DNA of 64,000 nucleotides from Lophium mytilinum (Eukaryota), in the NCBI GenBank assembly GCA_010093605.1, contig MU004182.1:1087032-1151031 (forward strand), written 5' to 3'. Of the stretch, positions 10,887 to 23,373 are shown piece by piece. The translations under genes were made by a program, and so were the position numbers. The notes beneath the pieces were generated by a model. That model worked only from the letters and a program-made list of their open reading frames with translations. It was not told where the DNA came from and did not search any database. Each line of letters starts with the position of its first letter. The stretch's first letter is position 1.

Positions 10887-12557
10887 ATGCCATACCACGG
10901 ACCCAGTGGTGGTTGCATAACCTGCCTCTCCCGCAAGATAAAAGTAAGACATCCGATATCAAAATCAAGAGAACTCTTGTTAATGAGTCTCGTGAACGGA
11001 ATAGTGCGACGAAACCAAACCCACATGCAACAAATGCGCGAAATCCAAGAGATCCTGTGGCGGATATCGCGCAATGGTCGATCTGATCTTCCGTGATAAT
11101 ACTGAGTCCACTAAGGCGCGTGTCGGAAGACGTGAACTGATGGTGATTGAAGACAGTCCGATCATCAAGACCGCCTGCAATTGGCCTAATATATCAGCGT
11201 TCGAGGCGTCATTACAGCCCCAGTCCATCGATGATCAGGCTTTAGCGTGCTTCTTCACCGACTGGGCCTGGGCGCCGAAGCCGTATACTTTCTCTTTGGA
11301 TTTCCTGCCAAGGGAATACAGCAGAGTTAATCCCGAAAGGCGGAATTGTTGCATGACAGCAGCTACTCGAGCAGTATCACTCGCCCATTTGGCGCATAAG
11401 TCGAGAGACCCGAAGATCCGGCAATTGGCAGACACGGAATATGTCTCAGCGCTGTCGTCGACGAATCAGGCATTGAGTATCTCTGCAGAAGCTATGCAGG
11501 ATGAAACCATGATGGCGGTTCACTTGCTGATCCTGTTCGAGGTACGTGCTTGCAGTTACCATCGTGGCAGGCTCGTGAGTTAACAAAAAGTTAGAACATC
11601 ATAACCAGCGCGGGAGGACGCAGCCCATCTCTGCTGCCTTGGATCACCCACCTAGGCGGAGCAACACAATTAGTGTTGGAGCGAGGGCCAGGCCAGCTGA
11701 ATCGAGACGTGGGCGCTGCCATGTTTCAGATTCAAATGTTTAAAATGATCGTCTATGGCATGATAAACGGTCAGGCCATTCCGACACTCTTCGAGGGAGC
11801 TTGGAAAGAAACTGGAGACCATGGCGATGCAGCGGTCCAGATCATGAAGCTTGTCTCATCATGTCCGGCTCTCCTTGAGCGTGCCAAAGTCCTCCTAGGA
11901 TGCGATGTACTTCAAGGTGAAGATTACTTTGGGGATGCAAGGTGGTACATGAAAGAGAACTTCAGTAAGCTCGCCGGCCTGGTTGCTGATATCGCCGACA
12001 CCGACGAAACTCTAAAGAAGTGGACGAAGGCCTCAATTGACTCGCGATCCTGGATTGCGAACAATTGGTCATTCTTCCTCGCAGCGCATGTCGTTGTCAA
12101 TCGACTTCTCGAAATCTGCCTTGGACACTTCTCAATGTGGTCATCGAGTCTATTCAGCGATCCAGACGATGATTTCAACCCCTTCAGTCCGACTTTCTCC
12201 GATTCAATACCGGACCTGGCTTCGTTCTTCGATGGCTTGCTTCTCCGTCGCGCTCAGGATGCACAAAAGCTGCTCGTCGATCAGATTTGTGGTTTGATCC
12301 CACAGGCACTCCAGCTTTCTTCTCGATACCCGGATGAGCCCGTAGCCTCTTCTGGGTCTCCATTGGTGAGCTATCTCATGCTGTGGCCGTTGCATGTAGC
12401 TCTACATGCGACATCAATCTCAGTTGGGAAACGGGAGTGGGTGAAGTCGATCCTACGATTCATCGCGGTCCATGATGGGCTGCAGATGGCGGACATATTG
12501 GTGCATGAGCCTTACGGGTTGTTGGATAGGTTGGCGTCCTTAGAGCGCTATGGTTGA
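10887..12557 (+). CDS. Zn(II)2Cys6 fungal transcription factor
   Basis: Exons 10887-10943, 11005-11541 and about 11595-12557. Splicing rebuilds GCITCLSRKIK|CDETKPTCNKCAKSKRSCGGY-(MVDLIFRD); all intron ends are GT...AG. Confidence 0.9.
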
Positions 12558-13293
12558 AAATAGTAACTAGTATTCTCTGCTTGCTCGTAGAAGCAAATCA
12601 GTGTGGTTCCGACTGTAATCACTGAGCTTGTCTTGCCATCTCCTCCTTCCTTGACGGTGCTCACCACCACGTCCCCAGCGGCCGACGCCAGTGCACTCGC
12701 GATGGCCCATTGGATACTGAGATATAATAGCTTTGATCGCAGTCGTTATCTGCGGGTAGAGACAACGCCCTTCGAGTCTCGAATGCGGGAGGACGACCCA
12801 TAGGCCGAGAGTACCTAGGTAATCGTAAGCCGTCCAAGCCAGCGCGCCAAAAAGGCTCCAGCTATCTCTTGTATCGGGGATTCCGTGACAGTAATCAGCT
12901 CTACTCATCCAAGGCTTGAGCCCAGGCCGCTTCGGAGACAAATGAGTTGAGGGGAAGAAAGTTGTTGGCGTCCAGCTGTGAACTTAAGATGCAGAGAAAT
13001 TGAGGTAAGCTAAGCTATATGGAGTTAGATCTTGCGAGGTGCATTAGCTTCGATATCTTCCACTACCGAAGTCAGAACCCCCTGGCCATGTCAGCTACAA
13101 CAAGATTCGTATCCATGCGGTATTCTTGGTTTTAGAGAGTTTTCAACAGGGCACAATGTAAAGTCTAGATTTCGAACTCAAATCGCTGTCTACGGGCTAT
13201 GAACACATCTTCTCATACCTCTCCCTCCCCTCAGCCCCACACAAATTCAATTTAGTAGCATTATTTCAATCATAATTCCTAGTCTACCAAGAT

Positions 13294-13686
13294 CTACCTA
13301 CGCCCCGGAATAAAAAACCCCTGGGTCTGCCTCATTTGGCTCACCAGCTCAGGCAATCTCCTCAATTCATCCATAACCGCATCATAAGTGACCTGATTGA
13401 AGTTTGGCCCACCCTGTGTCAGAACCCCCTGGTGCGCCAAATCATACAGTGGGCCACGACCATCGTAACCCCCAGGACCCTTTGAGTGCTGCCTGTTTAG
13501 GTATCCTGAGATGATGGACAGCTCCTCGAGGAACTCGGGGAAGCAGGTGCGGCCACCGTAAGGGCGGAGGAGGGCTTGAATCTCCGGGGGAAAGTGGCGG
13601 TCCAGGGAACCCTCTCGGTCGCGGGTTAGGGGGAAGAAGGCGTTGGGACTGCCAAAGGGGTTTTGGGCGTTGCGGCGGGCGGACAT
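13294..13686 (-). CDS. Hypothetical 130-aa protein with one copy of an unknown 'YGGRTxFPE...EL' domain
   Basis: ATG in good context with an upstream TATA-like element; clear similarity to the neighbouring ORF at 14498-14917. Confidence 0.6.
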   Translation of the reverse strand: MSARRNAQNPFGSPNAFFPLTRDREGSLDRHFPPEIQALLRPYGGRTCFPEFLEELSIISGYLNRQHSKGPGGYDGRGPLYDLAHQGVLTQGGPNFNQVTYDAVMDELRRLPELVSQMRQTQGFFIPGRR

Positions 13687-14187
13687 TGTAGTAGTGCTAC
13701 GGAAAGAAATTTCTGGGCTGGTTTGGAGGTGTTCAAAGACTTATTCAAGGCTTGGAGCTGGAGCCAGAGTTGTAGTATGATCTCTGAAGATGAGGAAGAG
13801 TGTGAGAAAAAAATTCTCGACCGAGAAATAGTGCCCTTTATCTACCATGAAAGGTGAGAGTGACAGCGTGTTGTGTCGCGTCATATCAACGACACGCTGT
13901 GATGCTCTAGCAGGGCGGGCTACTGCTGGCGCTATTGTTGATAGTGGAGGAAGAAGTGAAAGTGAAGGAAGAGTTGATGTTGAAGTCAGAAGCAGGACTC
14001 AGGCCGCACCAAAGGGTCAAATCAGCATAATGATATCGAATTGGGAGAGCGACAAGCTTTGTCAACCGTCGAAACGCTGGTGGGCATGCATAGAACGCCA
14101 GTCCTTGAGAACACGAGCGCAAGATATGACATGAGGTTATATGTTTACTATCTGTTTGTAAGTAACCTCTCCTAATCGAGGCAAATG

Positions 14188-14436
14188 CTAATCGACACGG
14201 GTACGACGACTATTGCGCAAGAATCCCGGCAACGCCTCCAACTCGCTCACGATCGCCCTGTAATTGGTAGGCTCAAAGAAACCGTCGCTTGGATCCAAAC
14301 CCCCTGTGCGAATTAGATCTTCTAGAGTTCGATGATGGCGAAATCGATGCCCAAGGAAAGGGAAATTTACATGTCTGTCTACCTCCGGAAAGTAGGTACG
14401 GTCTTCTCGCCGAACATCTCTTGCTCGGTCTCGCTC
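14188..14436 (-). pseudogene. ATG-less third copy of the 'RTxFPE' domain (broken second domain of the 14917 gene, or a remnant)
   Basis: Hand translation gives ERDRARDVRREDRTYFPEVDRHVNFPFLGHRFRHHRTLEDLIRTGGLDPSDGFFEPTNYRAIVSELEALPGFLRNSRRTRVD*, bounded upstream by an in-frame TAA at 14439-14437. Confidence 0.55.
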
Positions 14437-14497
14437 TTACGAACCGCTCTCGAACCATGGATTAAACCCCCCTCGATGGCTTTCGATTACCCGAGCG

Positions 14498-14917
14498 CTA
14501 CGTCTCCCACACGTGCACCGCGCTCCAAATCACCATCTCACGACCAGTCCTCAGGCCCCGCCGTAACGCTCTTAACTCTCCCATAACTTGTTGAAGCAAC
14601 ATACGGTCAAAGTTTCTCGAGTTCCGATCAAGGTAGCCCTGGTTGATGTAATGGTGAAGACTCAGTTGACCAGGAGGTGCCGCTAATATTCTGAAGTGCG
14701 GATTTCGTCTCAACTCTGGAAAGTGCGTGCGACCACCATAGCGGGCAAGGAGAATGTCGATCTGGCGGGGGATGTTGGTGATGGCGGAGGTGTAGCTCAA
14801 GCTGCTGAAGTGAGGCTCTTCAGCCTCAGATGAGGAAGACGAGGAGTTTTCGGAGTTACCATAGGGGAGATGCGTGTAAGAGACGTTGTTGATGTTCATG
14901 CTGTGGCTTGGAGGCAC
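14498..14917 (-). CDS. Hypothetical 139-aa protein, paralogue of 13294-13686
   Basis: Shares I..LL..YGGRT.FPE and QG.L...NF...VM.ELR.L with the 13686 ORF. The track start is GTG; the first ATG is about 6 codons downstream. Confidence 0.55.
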   Translation of the reverse strand: MPPSHSMNINNVSYTHLPYGNSENSSSSSSEAEEPHFSSLSYTSAITNIPRQIDILLARYGGRTHFPELRRNPHFRILAAPPGQLSLHHYINQGYLDRNSRNFDRMLLQQVMGELRALRRGLRTGREMVIWSAVHVWET

Positions 14918-15682
14918 GATGGTGTTTCCTAAGAAAATATTGGAAAGGGGCTGGTTTAAAAGTAAGACGTTAGGTTTTAGATTACTTGATCTGCGCCGAA
15001 TTTATGATTGAAAGTATGGTGTCGTTGCAATATGAAAAATAACTTGGAGGGCGAGGAAGCCTGCACTTATAGTATCAAGAATGACGGTGATAGCGTATCC
15101 ACGGTCGTCACTGCTATATACACCAGCAACACGTCAGATAGATGCTGGAGAGTAACACGCTGTTGGCGCTACCCACTTCACGAAGCGAAATGATACGGTG
15201 TGAAAAGCAGTGAAGTAGAAGTTTGAAGTGGCGGCATAGACAATTACTGTATACTCATTCGAGGGTTAAGGTGCAACTCATACGAGATGTGACATGCCCC
15301 CGCAAGCGCCGTGGTGTTCTCCAGAGAATTAAAAACTCGCGCATGCTAAGACTAGGCAGCTCTAGAGCGTAATCTTAGGCTGCAGATGGTTTCAACTTAA
15401 CCCAATCATGCAATGCAGCGACGGGAATTCTAGTTCAGTTACAATAATGATGACGACCCGATCTAAGCATCACTATTGGGCAACGGCAAGGAATCGATGT
15501 AAGGGTTAGGTAAATTTAGATAGTGGAGAAAAACACACCGTTGGCCCCTGACCAAGTCCAACTCCCTTCGCCGTCCAGTGACTACCTACGTCACATCATC
15601 TCTAACAGCAAATTTGGTACTTCGGTCCTAAAGGTCGATGATAAAATCAACAACACATGACCATAACATTGTGCAAGGAGCC

Positions 15683-16483
15683 TCACTTGCGGCTGCTTCG
15701 ATCCGTCTTGGAGCGATGCGCGCTACTTACTCTGCTTGCTGCCACAGACGAAGCCGCACCAGGGGCTCTGTATCCAGCCGTAGAGCGACGCGAGCCACCC
15801 GCTTGACTAGCTGACACCTGAGAAGCCCAGTCATTGACTCTGCTGTTGGTTCGGCTTGGTGCTGCAGATTGATGCTGCCTATCAGAACTTGCATACGTCA
15901 CCGAGTCGTCGGGACGCACAGAGCCGGCAAGAGAGCGTGCCGCACCACCGACCATGCTCGGGACTGGGGGCGCAGGAGTGGTTCTAGCTGGTGTAACATT
16001 GGCTCTGGAGGTAGCCCTGCTGCCAGTCCGACTTCCCCCAGTATTGCTTCTGGAGGAGGCTTGAGGTCGTGCAGTCGATGCGTCGGATCGAGAAGCGCGA
16101 CTGTTTCCGGATCTGGACGCGGCGCGATCAGTGGCTTCTTGGTTTCCCCTAGTATTGCTCCTACTTCCATGGGTCCGCAAGCTGCTTGCAACAGAGGCGC
16201 CGCCTGCTTCAGATCTATCCCTGTCACCCTCGTGGTAACTACTAGAGACAATGGATCTAGGAGCCGACTCAAGAGGGCGTCCGCCGTTGAATCGAGCGCT
16301 GTGAAGAGCGCGGATGGGGCCGCTCGGGACAACGTAGACCGGCGTTGGTACAAACACTACTCGTGTTCGCATTGGTACATAAGTGGGAAAGCGTCGTCTA
16401 TACGAGGAGCCGGCAGCCGCTTCCTGCATATCCTCTAGAAACTCTTCGATGTCGTCGGAGTTCGATGTCGTCGTCATACCCAT
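15683..16483 (-). CDS. Hypothetical Ser/Arg/Ala-rich low-complexity protein
   Basis: Long ORF (track 15683-16720). The likely start is one of the MGM ATGs near 16480. Composition suggests disorder; no recognisable domain. Confidence 0.5.
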   Translation of the reverse strand: MGMTTTSNSDDIEEFLEDMQEAAAGSSYRRRFPTYVPMRTRVVFVPTPVYVVPSGPIRALHSARFNGGRPLESAPRSIVSSSYHEGDRDRSEAGGASVASSLRTHGSRSNTRGNQEATDRAASRSGNSRASRSDASTARPQASSRSNTGGSRTGSRATSRANVTPARTTPAPPVPSMVGGAARSLAGSVRPDDSVTYASSDRQHQSAAPSRTNSRVNDWASQVSASQAGGSRRSTAGYRAPGAASSVAASRVSSAHRSKTDRSSRK

Positions 16484-17819
16484 GCAGGGGGCGGCCGTAC
16501 GGGTACATATTTTATTCAACTCGGCACGAAGGCTGAGTATGGCTGTGATACTGATATTGTTGATACGAAGCTGGTGGATGCTGTGGTGAGAAGTGCGCTG
16601 TGGTGAGAGGTGCTCATATATACTTGTGTTTTTTGTGAAGTTTAAAAGAAAACAGTGGCTAGAAACTGGGTATAAGTAGTCTGTCTCCACAGAGAGACTT
16701 ACGGTGATCCGGGACAGCAAGCGCTACGTCACAGTGGTGTTGGTTCTCTTGTTGTTATGGATGTGCTGTAAAAGTACGCCATTCCTAACAGCAGATATAT
16801 AGCGTTGTACATACCAACAGCGGTAAGCAAATGAGTAGCTTCATATTGGCGGTGTACGTGGATGGAAAAGGTGACATGGGAATCATTGTGGTATTGAGTA
16901 CCGAGTACAACTCGACTGTGCCATGGGCTAATGTTCCCCTTCAATTGCAAGATTCACTAGTAAACAGTAGGTCAATTCTGTTAAAGTGACTGACCATCTG
17001 GCTTTCTAGGAAGGTGACGATTGGAGGCATGAAAGCAGAATCAATGCTTTGAAACATACGAAAATCTGAGAAATTGAGATTCGACTTCAAGTCGCAAATA
17101 CTTTCATTTGGAACTCATCTTCAAGCATAGTCGATGTCTGGCTCCTGCAGGCTCAGCCAATAGGAGGGCTTCGGAGATTTTTCATGGCAATTAGTTCCAA
17201 GTGAAGAATGTGAGACGGTATGGACAAAGCCAGGTAGCTACAAAGGCAACATTAACGAAGATAACTCGGCTAGGTGAGGCATAAGGTGATATTTTTACAG
17301 CGTCATGGTGGCCAGAAGTGAGGTCTGGAGGTCTGCAGGTCTCTCGCGGCATGGAAGGCCGAAGAACTAGAACGGCGCTAAGCTTTCAGGCCGTGCGCAC
17401 CAACCTAACCATCTGGGCAAAAACCTCAAGTGTCCACCACCGCACCCGCCTCACCTCCATCTGCCTCCCCCCATCAGCTTTCCTTCTCGTTCATTAGGGA
17501 GTCCTCCAGTCTGCTGCCCTCGCTCCCGCTGCGTCTTCCACTCACACGCCATCCCTCTTCCTGCGCGCTGAGCCCTCCTCCTCAACGCCCCCGATTGCGA
17601 GCCGGAGGCCGCCTCTGTCACCTCGTGCCGTCCCGCCCAAGGGCCCTCTGTACGCAGACTCATTTTCTCCAGCTGGCCATCTGCTAACCACTTGTGCGCT
17701 GGCTCCAGCTTCACTTCGCAACTTCCACTACCTCCTCGGCTCCTCTCTGCCGCTGCTCCGTCGCGCATTCGCTCCCTCCAACCCGCTATCTAATACCCCC
17801 CTTCATCGCTCGCGTTATC

Positions 17820-19625
17820 ATGGCAACAGCTGAGCCAACTATGCCTATCAATGGCAACTATGCGCATCACCAGGCGCACGCGTACGGCTCCATTGACAAC
17901 ACTTACGTTGCTGCCGGCGCCAACAGCACCCTTCCGGGCAACGGTAGCTACAATGCGACCCCAGCCAACACCAGTTCTACCGCCAACAACAATGCCGCCG
18001 AGATACCAAAAGATGAAGTCGGCTGGTACTTTGTCGAGCAATACTACACTACCCTGAGTCGTTCGCCCGATAAGCTCTTCGTATGTTTCAAAGCTAGTTT
18101 GCGTCCTACGTGCGCCCGGTTTGCTAACCCCATCTACAGCTGTTCTACAACAAACGCTCGCAATTCGTGTCCGGAATCGAGGAAGAGAAGGTGTCTGTGA
18201 ACATCGGCCAGAAGGTAGGCGCCTCACACTTCTCTCGTCTAGATTGAGAGCTGACAACGTCCATCAGTCGATCAACGATCGCATCAAGGAGCTCGACTTC
18301 CACGACTGTAAAGTCCGCGTTACCAATGTTGATTCTCAGGGATCCGACCAGAACATCGTCATCCAGGTCATCGGCGAGATCTCCAACAAGGGACAACCGC
18401 ACAAGAAGTTTTGCCAGACCTTCGTACTCGCCGAGCAGACCAATGGCTACTTCGTCCTAAACGACATCTTCCGCTACATTGCAGAGGAGCCGGAAGAGGA
18501 AGAGGAGCAGCTTCAACAGGAGCCGATTGAAGACGAAGCTGACGTCCAGGAGCCAGCGCCGACTGCTGCTGAAAACGGCGATGAGCGGATCCACCACACT
18601 CCTGATGAGCCAGAGGCCATTGCTGAGGTCGACCACAAGCTGGAGGACGTGATCCACGAAGAGGAGGCTACTCGCGAAGCCTCCCCGCCTCCCGCTGAGG
18701 TCAATGGCACTCCCATCCCGGAAGAGGCTGAGGTTGTGCACGCTGAGGATGCCCCAGTCGCCGCCGTCTCAGCCGTTGAAGAGGCACCAGCCGAAGAAGT
18801 CGAGGCTGCTGTCGAGGAAGAGGTTGCTGCTGAGCCAGAGAAGCCACAGGATCCGACTCCGACTCCAGCTGCACCTGCCGCAAAACCCGCAAAGCCTGCC
18901 GCCGCCCCCGCTCCCGCCGCGGCTCCCAAGCCGAGAACTTGGGCTGCGCTGCTAGGCTCTGGTAATCGCGTGGCTACCCCCAACGTACCATCGCCCGCTG
19001 CCAATGCTGCCCCTTCCCAGCCGAAGGCTGCCCCATCGGCTTCGGCACCCACGCCTCCTCCAGCCACGTCCGCTGCTCAAGCAGCCCCACCAGCCCGTGA
19101 GCAGTCGCCCACCAACAGCCAAGGAGAGGCAGGATGGCAGACTGCTGGAGCCGGCCACAAGAAGGAGCAATCACGATCGCAGAACCAGATTCCGGCTGCA
19201 GATGCTGACAATAAGAGGGCCTACATCAAGAACGTTGGAGCTGGTGTTGACGATGCTGCATTGAAGGCTGCGCTTTCGAAGCACGGCGAAGTCGAGTACT
19301 GCGACATCAGCCGCCAGAAGGTAACTAGTTCATCGCAATCTATTAATATTTACAACAAGCTGACCACCCCTAGAACTGTGCTTTCGTCGACTTCAAGACG
19401 GTCGCTGGCTTCCAAGCTGCTGTTGCCGCCAATCCCCACAAAGTCAATGGCGAAGACATCAACGTCGAGGAGCGCCGTCTCCGCCCCGGCAACTTTCCCT
19501 TCGGGCGTGGCGGCCTGCGCGGCGGCCGTGGAGGACCAGGCGGACCAGGTGGCCGTGGAAACTTCCCGCCCCGTGGCGGACGCGGCAACATGGGCCGTGG
19601 CCGTGGAGCCCCTCCCCCAGCGTGA
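17820..19625 (+). CDS. NTF2 + RRM + RGG protein (G3BP / Nxt3 / Bre5 family; stress-granule nucleator, Ubp3 cofactor)
   Basis: Exons 17820-18080, 18140-18214, 18268-19320, 19374-19625. NTF2: DEVGWYFVEQYYTTL...QVIGEISN...KFCQTFVLAEQTNGYFVLNDIFRY; acidic and Pro/Ala linker with a PRTWAAL motif; RRM (AYIKNV, NCAFVDF); RGG tail. Confidence 0.92.
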
Positions 19626-20750
19626 GGGCGCCATATCTCTGACTCCATCCCGTCGGTAGCACACGTCTAGTATCACTTCCACCAAATCTCTCGGCACATG
19701 CAACGCGAAACCACGTTCGACGACCTATCCCAGCATCTTCCGGTTTCGTAGCGACGACTCATGGCCTTCGTAATCTGTATTCTACATCGGTTCTCTCTTC
19801 ACGCCCTGTCTAAAAAGGTTCTGCCCCCCGGTTTCGACAAAAGTTCAGCAGTGTGCTCGTTGGACGACATGCGACCATTACCTTCTTCCCGTAGCATAGC
19901 GACTTCCTGATTGCATTCTGCCTGTACCCTTTCCTCATTGATCTGCACTTTGAGTTAACCTCTCGAGCAGTTCCATTTTCCGTGATTCTTCCTTTCTCTT
20001 TTTTTTCCGGTTGTTCGGGTCCACGTGGTTGGCTATCTAGCCCTGCCTGGATACGTGCGTGGATGTCGTTCGATAGGGATGGCGGTCTACAAAACATGGT
20101 CGCATGGCATAGTTCGGATGGCAAGAAAAGAAGTTTATGTCTTCTGACTGGAGACCTAATTCCGGTTTTAGCTGTGCTGATGCAGCACTATTTGCAATGT
20201 TTATTTGAGGGGGATGGTCGTCAGCTGGGGCGGGCGGCGTGCTGGAGTGGTGCTGTAATTTAGATGGTGGATGTACAATACGACGTGCAAAATCTGAAAT
20301 ATGGTTCATCCAATTCGTGGTCGAAATGCGACTCGGTGACTGAAACAGCAATCGTGAAGACATGCCGATTTATGGCTTCGGAGATAGGAGACGGTGCTAT
20401 TCCTGGGTGCAGGTGACTCGGCCAACCGGGTTGCAGCATGGCCAGGTCACTCGATACATGCCTCACCCTCTGCTGTGCAGCGTGTCTACCTGAAGCAACC
20501 TCGTCTTGTGCCCTCTCTGTGTGCTGCCGTCTCGATATCTGCTGCTTCTTCTTTATCTATGACAATAACGGCCCAAACAGCATCTCGTTGGCCCCTGCTC
20601 CCCCCGCCGCCTCGTGTCCTTGGAGGGGCCTTGACGTCGTCTCAGTCAACCAGTACAACTCTTCCACCTCAGCACTGCAACCCCCCCCCCCCTCAACATA
20701 CCTCCTCCAAACTGCGCTCCCCTTGAGACTGAAGCTGTGTTACCGCCACG

Positions 20751-23373
20751 ATGAGGCCGACTCCGGGCGGCGACGCCCTCCCTATCGCGAGGCCCAGGTC
20801 CCGCAAGTCGAGCGTCGCCGATCATCCCGCCCATACCCCCGCCGCCGCCCATAATATGCCGACGTCTTTCTTTCTAAGGAGCGAGGAGGATATGGAGAAG
20901 TCTTTGGCAGAATCTACAAGTACAGTAGCTACTAGCAAGCAGAAGGACAGTACATATGGTGTCCAGAGTCTCGCAGACGCCCTGGAGTCTGCCTTCGGGG
21001 ATACCACGAGCAATGAGAAGAATGCCAACAAAGCTGACTCCTCTGGACGGAATGCGGACAAGCAAGGCGCCAGGCCTCGCACTCCGTCCAGAGGTCCGCT
21101 CAATACCGACGCGAGACAGGATGACACCAGCCCCAGGCACGTATTGGCGCGAAGACAGCATCTCGCGCAAGCTTCACACCAAGCGATACCACCCTCCGTT
21201 TCTCCCTCGAACCTAGACTCTCCAGCGCCAGAGTCCCTAATACCCGGTACGCCTAGATCTGTGTCTCTCAAGTCTTTCCGGCTCTCAGACGAGGAGTCCG
21301 GTGCCGATGAAGCCGCCAGCCAGGCCATAGTCTCCAGCGAGGACGACGACGAAGATACACACCTTGGAAATGCTGGAAGCTTTCCCCAACTAGTCATGCC
21401 GAGTATCCAGATGCCCAGTCGAAGGCCGTTCACCGAGAAGGGAAAGAGTATGGGGAGGTTGAAGGTGCTGATTGCTGGTGAAGCAGGTACGTCTCCCGTC
21501 CATGTCGCTAAGTGGACACCTGCTTGCTTGTGATGCTGTTCTAACTCTAGTCTAGGAGTCGGAAAGACCGCCCTCATTCGGTCCATCGTTCAGTCATGCG
21601 AAGACATTGTCCATGTAGATCCACTATCCCCCACCCACGCAGAGTCACCTCCCCCAACATCCGAATCACGCAAACGAAGATCGGTTTCCACCGGTACGAC
21701 GAGAATAACGGAAGTGCAAGCCAGTACAAGGGCGTATCCTTCATGGTGGTCTGAAAATGAAGAGAGCAGAGCACTTCGGAGACGCAAGAGCATGGGCGAT
21801 ACGGTGTTAGAAAGGAACTTGTGTTTTATTGATACCCCCGGTTATGGAAAGAACGGTTCGGATACAGAAAATATGGATCTGGTGATTGAGTATGTGGAGT
21901 CGTTGTATCGCCAGAACGTTTCGATAGGTGCTATGAGCGACGGAGACTTGCTTGGCTTGATGAGTGGCAATGGTGGTCTACATGTGGACGTCATTTTCTA
22001 CCTCATATCCCCTAGTGAGTATCAAATGATGAAGCTAGAGTACGAGAAGACTAAACTGACGGGTACTAGAAGAGGACATGTCCACAGACGTCAACTACAT
22101 TCAACGCCTCTCGATGCTCACAAACGTCATTCCTCTCATCTCCAAAGCCGATACCCTCACGTCGGCTCAAGTCATGGGCTTGAAGAACACCCTGCTCGCT
22201 CGTCTACAAGTCACGTCAATTAAACCGTTCCTTTTTGGCAAAACAATACAGGAGTCTTTTCTCGCCGTCCAAGCTCGGTCAGTATTGTCACACGAAACAT
22301 CTGCCGAACGCGATGCTGGTAAAAAGGCGGGGCCACCACAAATACCGGGTCACCTAAGCCTTCCTATTCCTCCGTATGCCATTTCTTCAACGCCAGGACC
22401 AGACACGGAGACTATGGATGCCTCTCTCCTCATGTCTCCAGATTACATCCAACCGCTGCTACCATCTGAGCTTGCTGTTCTCGTAACGCAAGTATTCAAC
22501 CCCGACACGATCTCTTGGCTCCGACATTCGGCTGCAAAGAAATTCCTAGCTTGGAGAAGTCGGACTAACTTTCCGGGAGATTCTCTGGTCATGCACGGAT
22601 ACCCACAGCAGCGAGGAATGAACTCACTCGGGCTGAATACAGGAGGATTCGGAGGGAGCAGTCTACAAGACCCTTTCAGCCGACTCACCACCGCACCACC
22701 GTCTTCCACCTCGTCCATATTCTCTGCCGTGTCTCCCTCGGGTGTTTTGGTACCCCATCCACACTCACCATTCTACCTATCCCACGCGAATTCCAATTCC
22801 AACCTCCAATCTCCCTATCCTGCCTCATCCCCTTCCCTTTCTCACTCAACACTCCCCGATCTCGAAGGCGCCGCAGATTTCAGTTTGACACGCTTCAACG
22901 ACCACACACAGCGCGAAGAGCGTTTCGCACAGGTGCGGCTCGCGAAATGGGCTAATGATCTCCAACGCAGCCTCCGCAACGAGCGAGAGCGCTTCGAAGA
23001 ACTTCAGCGTAATGAGCGGGCCAAGTGGCTTCTCGAGCGCGTGAGCGAGGAAGTCAGAGGCGGTGGTATCGTGTCTAGCCCGCCTCCTACCCTCGCTGAC
23101 TGGGCTGTCGTGAGGCATGGGAGCGAGAAGAGGATTAGCGGCCCTGGAGCACGATACGGCCACCAAGGGCGAGTTGATACTCGGGATCCGCTTGGTTTGT
23201 GTGATTTCACAGATGAGGTACGAAGAACTGGAACGGTAATCTTAAAGATACTAGGAGGTATGGGCATGCTGGGTGCTGTAGCTGTAGCTGTGGTTAAGGC
23301 ATGTGGAATTGATACTGGGTTGGGCTTGCCGGAAGGAGGTGTTTGGAGTTGGATCACTGGGGGTGGAAAGTAA
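20751..23373 (+). CDS. Septin-like P-loop GTPase-domain protein with a C-terminal coiled coil and hydrophobic anchor
   Basis: Exons 20751-21486, 21556-22014, 22070-23373. Splicing rebuilds the P-loop GEAG|VGKT; G3 is FIDTPGYG; septin-like G4 is NVIPLISKAD; C-terminal ILKILGGMGMLGAVAVAVV. Confidence 0.8.

Noticed and set aside
12567..12941. 124-aa minus-strand ORF downstream of the Zn2Cys6 gene
   Set aside because: No recognisable motif and it ends 10 bp from the convergent stop. It could be a decayed gene but I cannot support a call.
20681..20693. Poly-C run of 13 nt
   Set aside because: Simple homopolymer in a 5' leader; no further structure.
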